Assembly: GCA_028820695.1 (NCBI GenBank)
Contig: JAPPIB010000008.1
Location: forward strand, 1,395-65,394
Direction: 5' to 3'
From: Acidiferrobacterales bacterium
GTDB lineage: Bacteria > Pseudomonadota > Gammaproteobacteria > Arenicellales > JAJDZL01
DNA: 64,000 bases
Positions 49,449 to 57,750 of this stretch are shown here, one piece after another. Position 1 is the stretch's first letter, and each line of letters begins with the position of its first letter. A program made the position numbers and the translations under genes. The notes under the pieces are model-generated. The model did not search any database, was not told where the DNA came from, and worked only from the letters and a program-made list of their open reading frames with translations.

Positions 49449-51524
49449 ATGCAAACCGGAGTACGTGAAATCGTGAGCACCGCCAAAACGGCCCAAATTC
49501 TGGACAGTGTCTGTCCACTCGACTGTCCGGACACCTGCAGTCTGGAAGTGACAGTAGCCAAAGACCGTATCGTAAAAGTGCGAGGATCAAAGGCAAACCC
49601 CTATACCGCGGGCGTGATCTGCAACAAGGTCGGACGTTACTACCCGGAAATGGTTCACGGCGGGAAACGGCTTAGAAATCCCCTGATCCGCACCGGCGAA
49701 CGCAACTCAGGGCAATACAGACGGATATCCTGGGACGATGCACTGGAGCACGTGCATCGCGGATTCTCAAGAGCGATCGATGAGTTCGGGCCCCAGTCGG
49801 TGATGCCGCTCAATTATGCCGGCCCTCACGGGGAACTTGCCATAGGCTCCATGGATCGTCGTTTTTTCCACAAGCTCGGCGCCACACTTGTTGATCGGGG
49901 CCCGTTGTGCGGTGCCGTAAGAACAACTTCGTATTCCAGCTTGTACGGGGAGGCGCCCGGCATGGCTCCCGAGCACGCCCGTCACTCAGATCTGATTGTC
50001 GTGTGGGGCAACAATGCGACTGTATCGAACCTGCATCTGGCAAGGGTCATCAAGTCAGCGCGCGAAAGCGGCGCGAAGGTGATCACAGTCGATCCAAAAC
50101 GAATTCGAATCGCCGAACAAAGCGACCTTCACATACACATCATGCCAGGAACCGATGTCATATTTGCGATGGCGGTTGCGGCACAGTTGGAAAGACAGGA
50201 CCAATTGGATCTTGACTTTATCATGGAGTGGACTTTTGGATACGAGCGTTATATGGATCAGGCGCGGCAATACTCGATCGACGACGTCATCCAAATCTGT
50301 GGAATCAGCAAGAATCAGTTCGATCAGTTCATCCAGCTATACAGCAATGCGAAAAATATTGCGGTATCGGTTGGAAACGGAATGGAACGCGGTCATAGCG
50401 GCGGTTCGGGAATTCGCGCCGCCATGGCACTGCAAGCCTTGACCGGCAATCATGGCCGCATCGGTGCCGGTGTGATAGCGGAACCGGATCTGACTGTCCC
50501 TAGAACGACCGATCGACTGCGACGTCCGGACCTGATTCCGTCCGGAACCCGAACCTTCAACATCGTTGATACCTCAGCATTGTTGCTGGACGAAACCCTG
50601 GATCCGCCCATCAAGGCATTGATGATCTACAACCACAACCCGGTTGCAACCCATCCGAATCAACAGCAGATGATCGAGGCTTTGGAGCGTCAGGATCTGT
50701 TCATTGTCGGATCAGATATTGTCATGACAGACAGCATGGCGTATGCCGATGTCATTCTGCCGGCCGCCAGTCACTTTGAGTATGCGGATATATACGGTGC
50801 CTACGGCCAGAATTACGTGCAACGAGCAGCACCCGTCATTCCCCTGGTCGGTGAGGCCTTGCCGAATACAGAAATCTTTCGCCGTCTTGCCGCGAAATTC
50901 GATTTCGAAGACGCCATATTCACTGAGAGTGACAGCGAGTTGATGGATTCGGCATTCGACCCGGACGACTCGCGTTTCGAAGGTTCCCGCCCCAGCGAGC
51001 TTCCGCTGGACCGGGCAATTGAATTCAACCAGCCTGACGGCGAATTCGCCATCATGTGCGACAATGTCCGACCGGCCACTGCATCTGGAAAGATTGAGCT
51101 TTTCTCGGAAGATCTGGAGCAACGATTCGGGTTCGGCGTACCGCGTTATCGTCCGGTTTCGAAAGACTTGCCATTCGTACTGATTTCACCATCGTCCAGC
51201 AAGCGGACCAACGCCACGTTTGGTGGCTGTGCGGCCTCCGACGGGATGGAGATCGTGGAGATCAATCCGCAGGATGCTGAAACTCACGCAATAGCCGATG
51301 GTGATGTCGTTGAAGTCTTCAATGAGCGCGGGAAGGCAGTACTGAAGATAGTCGTATCGGACAAAACCCGACCCGGTGTGCTTTACTCGCCCAAGGGCAC
51401 GTGGCGCAATACAAGCCATACAAACATGACTGTGAACGCGTTAATCCCTTCAGACATAAGAGCGGACCTTGTCGGAGGCGCATGTTACAACGAGACCTTT
51501 GTAGACCTGAAGCGACAGATGTAG
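49449..51524 (+). CDS. molybdopterin (bis-MGD) oxidoreductase, cytoplasmic MopB-family enzyme of unknown substrate
   Basis: 691-aa ORF with an N-terminal 4Fe-4S motif (CPLDCPDTCSL...C). It has molybdopterin-oxidoreductase and C-terminal MGD-binding barrel blocks and no Tat signal. Confidence 0.8.
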   Translation: MQTGVREIVSTAKTAQILDSVCPLDCPDTCSLEVTVAKDRIVKVRGSKANPYTAGVICNKVGRYYPEMVHGGKRLRNPLIRTGERNSGQYRRISWDDALEHVHRGFSRAIDEFGPQSVMPLNYAGPHGELAIGSMDRRFFHKLGATLVDRGPLCGAVRTTSYSSLYGEAPGMAPEHARHSDLIVVWGNNATVSNLHLARVIKSARESGAKVITVDPKRIRIAEQSDLHIHIMPGTDVIFAMAVAAQLERQDQLDLDFIMEWTFGYERYMDQARQYSIDDVIQICGISKNQFDQFIQLYSNAKNIAVSVGNGMERGHSGGSGIRAAMALQALTGNHGRIGAGVIAEPDLTVPRTTDRLRRPDLIPSGTRTFNIVDTSALLLDETLDPPIKALMIYNHNPVATHPNQQQMIEALERQDLFIVGSDIVMTDSMAYADVILPAASHFEYADIYGAYGQNYVQRAAPVIPLVGEALPNTEIFRRLAAKFDFEDAIFTESDSELMDSAFDPDDSRFEGSRPSELPLDRAIEFNQPDGEFAIMCDNVRPATASGKIELFSEDLEQRFGFGVPRYRPVSKDLPFVLISPSSSKRTNATFGGCAASDGMEIVEINPQDAETHAIADGDVVEVFNERGKAVLKIVVSDKTRPGVLYSPKGTWRNTSHTNMTVNALIPSDIRADLVGGACYNETFVDLKRQM

Positions 51525-51672
51525 TCGCAGGCGAATTCATCCAGCCGACTGAGCAAGCACGACTTCATTCAGGCCAAATCGAAATCCACATCTGATTTGC
51601 CAGATACCTGTCGTTTACCGCACGATGGAAGTTCGGCCGCCCGCGACAAAACCTGAGGCACTATCCATGATC

Positions 51673-52785
51673 TCAGCGAATGCGAGTGCTATTCAGGATG
51701 TCTTCATCCAGTTCAATTCCCAACCCCGGCCGTGTTCCCAGGTCAAGACTTCCATTGCCATCGTGCATTACCGGTCCTGTCAGCATGAAGTCCCTTTCCT
51801 CCAACGTCCATTCGGGCGGATCGATTGCATACTCAAGATATGGAGGAGCTCCGGTTCCGGCCGCGAGGTGGGCGTTGGCCAGCAAGCCGATTCCGTTTCC
51901 CCAGGTATGCGGACTGAACGTGACACCCAAAGCCTTTGATTGCTTTGCAACGGCAGCCAAGCCGGTGATTCCACCGAAGTACACACAGTCTGTCTGCAAC
52001 ACATCCAGACAGCCTGACGACATCAGATACCGCAGTTCGTAGTACTCCGTATTCATCTCTCCGCTTGCAATCCTCGGCCCATCGGAAATCGAACGAAGTT
52101 TCCTCAACCCCTCAAAATCTCCGCGATGCAATGGCTCCTCCAGCCAATACAGATTCAGCTCGCGGGTCTTGTCGATCATCAACCTGGCATCATCATACGT
52201 CCACCAGTCACTGGTATCCCATGGCATCCTCCAAGCCTGATTGGCGTCAATCATGATTTCAATCCCGTCACCGAGCGCTTTTCGCACGGCGCGCAAAGCC
52301 TCGACATCCTCATCCAGCGCCCGTCGCCCGACCCTGAACTTGATCGCCTTGAATCCCATGTCCCTGATTCGACAGGCCTGCTCCGCGAGTTCGTTCGGCG
52401 GGCGAACCGTTCCCGTCGATGCATAGAGCGGAACAACCCCGCTGTCACCGCCAAGCAATTCATAGACGGGTTTGTCTTTCGCTTTGCCATACAGGTCCCA
52501 AAGTGCGAGATCAAGCGGCCAGCAACGTGATGCGAAAAGTGAAATGCTGTCGAGTATCCGGTTATGACGGTCAAAGTCAAACGCGTCCTCACCCACGAAA
52601 AGATCCTTGTATCGCTCGAATCCGATCATCGCGTCGCCGGACGCGATTCCGACCATTCCGTTGTCTGCCATGACGCGGACGATTGTGGTCTGCCACGTCT
52701 TCAATGGCCTGGGGTCCCAGGACGAGGGAAACGGTGGCTTGATTTCCAGCTCGTGGCGTGTGATTTGAATATCCTTGATTAACAT
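51673..52785 (-). CDS. mandelate racemase / muconate-lactonizing-enzyme family (enolase superfamily) protein
   Basis: 370-aa ORF with a capping domain plus a barrel. Metal-ligand-type blocks are present (IMIDANQAW, LYWLEEPL, IASGE). Confidence 0.8.
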   Translation of the reverse strand: MLIKDIQITRHELEIKPPFPSSWDPRPLKTWQTTIVRVMADNGMVGIASGDAMIGFERYKDLFVGEDAFDFDRHNRILDSISLFASRCWPLDLALWDLYGKAKDKPVYELLGGDSGVVPLYASTGTVRPPNELAEQACRIRDMGFKAIKFRVGRRALDEDVEALRAVRKALGDGIEIMIDANQAWRMPWDTSDWWTYDDARLMIDKTRELNLYWLEEPLHRGDFEGLRKLRSISDGPRIASGEMNTEYYELRYLMSSGCLDVLQTDCVYFGGITGLAAVAKQSKALGVTFSPHTWGNGIGLLANAHLAAGTGAPPYLEYAIDPPEWTLEERDFMLTGPVMHDGNGSLDLGTRPGLGIELDEDILNSTRIR

Positions 52786-52817
52786 ACTTCCAAGATGGAT
52801 TGAAGAAATGACGGTCG

Positions 52818-52891
52818 AACGTTTCGCCGAATTGTATTAGCATTTGAAATCCGGCGGAATCTTACATTCTAAATCCGTCACGAGTCGATGC
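52818..52891. repeat. left copy of a ~75-bp imperfect direct repeat flanking the second hipBA islet
   Basis: aacgtttcgccgaattgtattagcatttgaaat-ccggcggaatcttacattctaaatccgtcacgagtcgatgc aligns with 54966..55040. Shared cores are CCGGCGGAAT and CTAAATCCGTC. Confidence 0.7.
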
Positions 52892-53134
52892 TCATAAAGA
52901 TCATTTGACAGTCGCATTTGAAGATGGCAAGGGGCGCAGAAGCGAAAACTTTGGCATGACTGTGGCGGCGTCAGACCAATGTGCGAATGACAATACAATC
53001 AACGCGTCGAGAAGTCACCGAGCGAGACATCCAATCTGCTGTCGGACTGACGTTAAGAACCTGTTGATAATCATACGTGGATTTGACCTTCGCCAGCACG
53101 ACAATCGCTTAGTCAGGTTCACTCAAATCATTCG

Positions 53135-54385
53135 TTATCGCTTTACTGCCTGTATCAATCGCGAAGCTCTGCAGTCGATACGAGCACTTAAATCATGGAT
53201 GACGGGAAACTCTCTAATCGTTGCCGACAAAATGTCTCGGATGTTTTCGGCTAGCTCGCAAATCCGATTTCTAAATCCAGCAACACTAATTCCTGATTTT
53301 TTCGACAGTCGTTCAAAATTTCTGGCTCTCAATCGATCAAACTGATTTGCCTTGCCAATCTTCATCGCCATTACTTTGGTAAGCTCATCATAGTAGTCGG
53401 TTGACAATACATCATATGCCGGTGCCAATCTGGTCGACATGGAACCTCCTTGTTCTCTAAACAACAAAGAAAAATTCTTTCCATGCGCGTCGTTATTGCC
53501 AATAATCAGATTGAAGACTACGAGATTCAGAAAATTCTGGATGTCGATAGCAGGTAAACTGGAAACAGTCTTCAGCATCTCGACACAATCAACTATTCCC
53601 GGGCCGCCCTCACTTTGATATTTTCGTTCCGAAGGTATTCCCAACGCTTGGCAGAAATCCTCCTGATGCAAGCGCGTGGGAAAATGCTCAGCGACCTCGA
53701 ATATTCGATCATAACGCTCTACGAGTATGAATTCGAAGTGTTCGATAGATTTTACGGTGGCGTTGACAGCAGGAATACCTATCGACCTTGCGAGCGATAA
53801 GCAGAAGGTTTCATTACTGACGATATTCGGATATTGGGCGATTGCCGGTTTTAGGATATGTGTGCTGGCCGCCCCACCGAGTGGAAGCGAATATCGTCCA
53901 TTTCGGTCAACATGTATCGCAACCTTTTGCTGTGCACCAGCCAGCGAAATTCGCACCTTTGATTCGCCGGCAAGCAATGGACGTGTCGATAGCCGCTTCA
54001 GGATTCCAATTAAGTCCGCATCACCTAACGGTTGATACTCGTAGTCTTGTTCCGAGGGAAGTGTTCCATTAGGCAAAAACGTCAGAGCTCCTGCACATTC
54101 ACCCCCGATTTTTTCAAGCATCGCAAAATCATTTTGTGCACTGATGCCAAGATTGCGGGCTATGAGTCTGCGGTTATATTCTTCCGGGAGAATACCGGCA
54201 AAAAAACCTCTGCATTGCTTTTGTTTGAACTGTTCATTTCCAAGTGGCAACGATGTTGATATGGCAAAATTATGTTCATCATTCAACCACTGTGCGGAGT
54301 ACTCAAAAGTAACCTGCCCGGACTTCTTCTGTGTGAGATACCCAACCAGTTTGTTGGAAAAAAATACGTCTAGAATGCGGCTCAT
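53135..54385 (-). CDS. hipA: HipA-family kinase toxin (second, divergent copy)
   Basis: 416-aa ORF with MSRILDVFFSNKLVGYLT... (HipA N-terminal domain), SLAGAQQKVA and the catalytic loop IGNNDAHGKNFSLLF...LAPAYD. It has a 4-nt ATGA overlap with the upstream HTH gene. Confidence 0.9.
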   Translation of the reverse strand: MSRILDVFFSNKLVGYLTQKKSGQVTFEYSAQWLNDEHNFAISTSLPLGNEQFKQKQCRGFFAGILPEEYNRRLIARNLGISAQNDFAMLEKIGGECAGALTFLPNGTLPSEQDYEYQPLGDADLIGILKRLSTRPLLAGESKVRISLAGAQQKVAIHVDRNGRYSLPLGGAASTHILKPAIAQYPNIVSNETFCLSLARSIGIPAVNATVKSIEHFEFILVERYDRIFEVAEHFPTRLHQEDFCQALGIPSERKYQSEGGPGIVDCVEMLKTVSSLPAIDIQNFLNLVVFNLIIGNNDAHGKNFSLLFREQGGSMSTRLAPAYDVLSTDYYDELTKVMAMKIGKANQFDRLRARNFERLSKKSGISVAGFRNRICELAENIRDILSATIREFPVIHDLSARIDCRASRLIQAVKR

Positions 54386-54606
54386 TCAATATCCACAGTT
54401 GGTGGTGGAATCAGCTGAATTTCAATTCCAAGCAGCTGAACAACGTTAAGTACTTTGGCCAACTCACATGTTGGTTTGCCATTTTCCAAATCAACAATAA
54501 ATCTTTTCCCGGTGCCACAAACGACAGCCAGGTCACCCTGCGTAAGACGTTGTAACTTTCGCGTTTCTCGAACAAGCAAACCAATGGAAATTGTTGTATG
54601 TTTCAT
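54382..54606 (-). CDS. hipB: XRE-family HTH antitoxin (HipB-like)
   Basis: MKHTTISIGLLVRETRKLQRLTQGDLAVVCGTGKRFIVDLENGKPTCELAKVLNVV... I chose the ATG at 54606 because the longer track ORF (to 54648) would translate through a perfect operator-like palindrome. Either start is possible. Confidence 0.75.
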   Translation of the reverse strand: MKHTTISIGLLVRETRKLQRLTQGDLAVVCGTGKRFIVDLENGKPTCELAKVLNVVQLLGIEIQLIPPPTVDIE

Positions 54607-54620
54607 TTCGAATTTAAGGT

Positions 54621-54681
54621 TACCGTACGGTATTATTGTTATAGACATAGATAATATTAGATGATATATTACCGTACAGTA
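54621..54681. promoter_or_regulatory. two operator-like 12-bp palindromes upstream of hipB-2
   Basis: TACCGTACGGTA (54621-54632) is a perfect palindrome. TACCGTACAGTA (54670-54681) has one mismatch. Their centres are 49 bp apart. Confidence 0.5.
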
Positions 54682-54732
54682 AATATCAACGTAATTATCG
54701 ATATGATGTCAATAATTTTCCCGCTCGGTAAA

Positions 54733-54852
54733 TTATTCTAACCAATGAACAGGCTTGGGTAGTGCCCTCAAGGCAACGCGCTCGAGCCTCCGGATCAGGT
54801 TCGCCACGCTGGATCGCCGATTGAGGCGGTATTCGAGTTCCGCTAGGCAGCG
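54733..54852 (-). mobile_element. possible C-terminal remnant of an IS1595/ISXO2-like transposase
   Basis: The minus-strand fragment RCLAELEYRLNRRSSVANLIRRLERVALRALPKPVHWLE* resembles the conserved '..YL.EFEFRFNRR' C-terminal block of that family. There are only about 39 codons, bounded upstream by a stop. Confidence 0.3.
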
Positions 54853-54965
54853 TCACGCAATTCTCGGGTCAAATGAGTAATCGGTGTTGCCTAAGTTCGT
54901 TTCGGACTACCCGGCACCGTATTGGCATCCTTGCCCGATAGACTGTATCTGAGAACAGATTGTCA

Positions 54966-55040
54966 AACGTTTTGCCAAATTGGATTATCATCTGAATCCC
55001 GGCGGAATTTCGACACTCTAAATCCGTCGACAGGCGACGC
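54966..55040. repeat. right copy of the ~75-bp imperfect direct repeat flanking the second hipBA islet
   Basis: aacgttttgccaaattggattatcatctgaatcccggcggaatttcgacactctaaatccgtcgacaggcgacgc. See 52818..52891. Confidence 0.7.
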
Positions 55041-55077
55041 AAACTTCAATCAGTTCCAACCCACAAACCAGATTCTC

Positions 55078-55785
55078 ATGAACCAACAGATGCTTGATGT
55101 GGAAATCTGGCGCGGCGGCATGTCGGGTCATTACAATTCGTATCAGGTGCCAATTCAGGCCCGTCAGACGATACTCGACATCGTGACCTACGTTCAGCGC
55201 GAACTCGACAGCACGCTGTCTTACCGCTTCTCCTGTCGGGTCGGAATGTGCGGCACCTGTGCAATGACCGTCAACGGCGTGCCCCGGTGGACCTGCCGTA
55301 CCCAGACTTCAGTGATCAGCAGCCGTTCAGGAATCAGGATCGCACCCTTGAGGAACTTTCCTGTCATCAAGGACCTGGTTGTAGACATGAACGACTTTTT
55401 CGAGAAGTGGGATCGGGGAATGGGCGCTTCGGATCAGGAATACTCTGATTCCGGGCAATTCGCCCAAGTCCGCCCCGACAGCGCGCAACGCAAGGCAGTT
55501 GACCAAGCCATCGAATGTATCGGCTGCGGAGTGTGTCACGCCGCTTGTGACGTGGTCGGATGGAATCCGCAATACCTCGGGCCTGCGGCGCTGAACCGCA
55601 CTTGGTCACTCGCCAATGACGAGCGACAGCAGAATCGAAAAGCCCTCTTGCAGTGGTCGGCAACCGAGTCCGGCTGCCTGTCGTGCCATACAACGAGATC
55701 TTGTACCACCTGCTGCCCGAAAGAACTTGACCCTTCGGGATCCATCGCCGGACTCAAGCAGCAGATCGTTCGGTCACTGATCTGA
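55078..55785 (+). CDS. succinate dehydrogenase/fumarate reductase iron-sulfur-subunit-like protein (orphan)
   Basis: It has a 2Fe-2S motif (CRVGMCGTCAM), a 4Fe-4S motif (CIGCGVCHAAC) and CHTTRSCTTCCP. The start was trimmed to the ATG at 55078 (MNQQMLDVEIW...). Confidence 0.75.
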   Translation: MNQQMLDVEIWRGGMSGHYNSYQVPIQARQTILDIVTYVQRELDSTLSYRFSCRVGMCGTCAMTVNGVPRWTCRTQTSVISSRSGIRIAPLRNFPVIKDLVVDMNDFFEKWDRGMGASDQEYSDSGQFAQVRPDSAQRKAVDQAIECIGCGVCHAACDVVGWNPQYLGPAALNRTWSLANDERQQNRKALLQWSATESGCLSCHTTRSCTTCCPKELDPSGSIAGLKQQIVRSLI

Positions 55786-55798
55786 ATTCGTCCGAAAG

Positions 55799-57226
55799 TC
55801 AGGACGGAAGCACTTTTCCCGGATTCATGATATTGTCGGGATCCAACGCCAGCTTGATTGAGTTCATCATGTTCAGTTCGACGGTGGACTTATACCGCGT
55901 CATATCCCGTAGTTTCAAAAGACCGATGCCATGTTCGGCACTGAACGATCCGCCAAGACTGTCCGCAATCTCGTGCACTGCGTCACAGACCGCATTCCAT
56001 TGATCGAAAAATTCATTGCCATCCATGTTTGGCGGCTGGCTGAGATTGAAGTGGATATTGCCATCGCCTATATGCCCGTATGCAAAACATCGCACGTCTG
56101 GAATCATTGACTCTACGCTCGCAGTAGCCCGGTCGATGAACTGTGCAATATTGGACAAAGGCACACTGACATCATTCTTGATACTCTTGCCCTCATAGTT
56201 CTGACATTCCACGATCGCTTCTCTCAACCGCCACATCTGCATCGATTGCCGCTCACTTTGGGCCACCACGGCATCCAGGATGACCCCATCGTCCAATGCG
56301 CGTTCAAGAAAGCGCTCGCTCAGTTGCTGGCTGACCCCGTCTTCGGTACTGTCCCCGAGTTCCACAAGGACATACCAGGGGTAAACCTGTCCGGGGAAGA
56401 AGTCGCTGCAATCCGGAATCTGCCTGAAAGCGGATTCGACACACACTGTGGACATCAGTTCGAACGAGGACACGAAATTAGAAGTCTCCTTACGCGTTCT
56501 GGAAAAAAGTTCCAAGGCATCCGGAACCGATTCGATCGCTATCATCACCGTAGCACGATTGGTCGGTCGCGGAAACAGTTTCAGAACTGCCGCCGTAATG
56601 ATGCCAAGTGTGCCTTCCGCTCCGATAAAGATGTTCTTGAGGTCATAACCTGTATTGTTCTTTCGAAGTGAGTTCATTCCGTTCCAGACGCTGCCATCCG
56701 GCAGCACCACTTCGAGACCCAGAACCAGATCCCGGGCATTTCCATAGCGCAGCACATTGACGCCGCCGGCATTCGTTGACAGATTGCCTCCAATCTGACA
56801 TGACCCTTCGGCACCGAGACTCAATGGCAGAAACATATCATGTTCGATTGCCACCGACTGAAGATCAGCCAGTATGCAGCCGGACTCAACCTCCATTGTG
56901 TATCCGGTCTCATCAACGCCGCGAACCCGATTCATTCTCTGAAGATTGATAATCACCGATTCCGCATCTGCGACCGCGCCGCCGCATACACCGGTATTGC
57001 CGCCTTGAGGAACGATCGGCCGATTGCGTTCGCGGCACAATCGGACAATCGCACTGACTTCGTCAACATCGGCTGGCAAAACCACACACATGGTCTCACT
57101 GTCAAAGCGGCCGCGCCGCTCCTTAAGGTAGGGAGCTGTCGACTCACTTGCGGTGAGTACGTTCGCTGCTCGCACAATCGATGCGAGTTCCTGCTGAATT
57201 GCTGTATTTTGATTGCACGTTGCCAT
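55799..57226 (-). CDS. FAD-linked oxidase (GlcD / D-lactate / D-2-hydroxyacid dehydrogenase family)
   Basis: 475-aa ORF with an FAD_binding_4 domain (IVPQGGNTGVCGG) and an FAD-oxidase C-terminal domain (FSAEHGIGLLK). Confidence 0.85.
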   Translation of the reverse strand: MATCNQNTAIQQELASIVRAANVLTASESTAPYLKERRGRFDSETMCVVLPADVDEVSAIVRLCRERNRPIVPQGGNTGVCGGAVADAESVIINLQRMNRVRGVDETGYTMEVESGCILADLQSVAIEHDMFLPLSLGAEGSCQIGGNLSTNAGGVNVLRYGNARDLVLGLEVVLPDGSVWNGMNSLRKNNTGYDLKNIFIGAEGTLGIITAAVLKLFPRPTNRATVMIAIESVPDALELFSRTRKETSNFVSSFELMSTVCVESAFRQIPDCSDFFPGQVYPWYVLVELGDSTEDGVSQQLSERFLERALDDGVILDAVVAQSERQSMQMWRLREAIVECQNYEGKSIKNDVSVPLSNIAQFIDRATASVESMIPDVRCFAYGHIGDGNIHFNLSQPPNMDGNEFFDQWNAVCDAVHEIADSLGGSFSAEHGIGLLKLRDMTRYKSTVELNMMNSIKLALDPDNIMNPGKVLPS

Positions 57227-57426
57227 TTCAGATTGGTGTGGTCCGGGGTAGTGAAGTCCTCAGCTGCCATGCTCCGGGACTTAGCCTATTTTGTGTCGGG
57301 GCTTGTGTGTGCTATATATTTGTGATGCGTACAGAAGTCCAGGATTCGGACATAGTTATAGCAAACAAAGGAGGAGAAGTGATGAGACTGAACCTCCTGT
57401 CGACAATTATTGTATCGAGTCTTTAG

Positions 57427-57735
57427 ATGGTTCTTGCAAGTGTAGGTTATCGTACACCTGTACTCAGGATGCGCAGTCAGTGGACGGAAAAATCATCGGG
57501 TGGTCAGCCCGATCCGGTGGCAGGCGATCAGATCCGGAAAGCCGTCAATGGAGAGGTCAATGTCAAGATTTTTCCGGGGAGAAACCCTGGCAAGGACAAG
57601 GAGAATCCCAGTCTGCTTCACAGTAGCGCAATTGAACTTGTGGTGAAGCCGGCGGTACTTTCCCGCCGAACTGCCATTTGTCACAGCGCCAGATTCAATT
57701 CCAATAGTCATATCAGAATTTGCCAAGAAGATTAG
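57427..57735 (+). CDS. hypothetical 102-aa ORF immediately upstream of the thiolase-like gene (no family recognised)
   Basis: Its ATG directly follows the TAG of a 14-codon ORF (57382..57426) that has a strong AAAGGAGGAG Shine-Dalgarno sequence. It ends 15 nt before the thiolase-like start. The composition is Arg/Ser-rich, so coding status is uncertain. Confidence 0.25.
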   Translation: MVLASVGYRTPVLRMRSQWTEKSSGGQPDPVAGDQIRKAVNGEVNVKIFPGRNPGKDKENPSLLHSSAIELVVKPAVLSRRTAICHSARFNSNSHIRICQED

Positions 57736-57750
57736 TGCGGGTTCACCGCG

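Noticed and set aside
52905-53345. 146-aa plus-strand ORF overlapping the 3' end of hipA-2.
   Set aside because: It is antisense to a well-supported gene for half its length, and the rest lies in AT-rich spacer. It has no motifs.
54922-55077. N-terminal extension of the SdhB-like ORF, and similar extensions at 61537..61914 (Sel1 protein), 63838..63933 (dioxygenase) and 37050..37313 (rpsT).
   Set aside because: The extensions run through intergenic repeats or promoters and lack homology. Internal starts give proteins with normal N-termini (signal peptide, Tat motif, or the conserved S20 start).
57291-57750. DUF35 (zinc-ribbon plus OB-fold) partner gene upstream of the thiolase-like gene.
   Set aside because: I translated all three plus frames and the minus strand. 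No CxxC...CxxC ribbon or OB-fold pattern was seen, so only an unclassified 102-codon ORF is reported, at low confidence.
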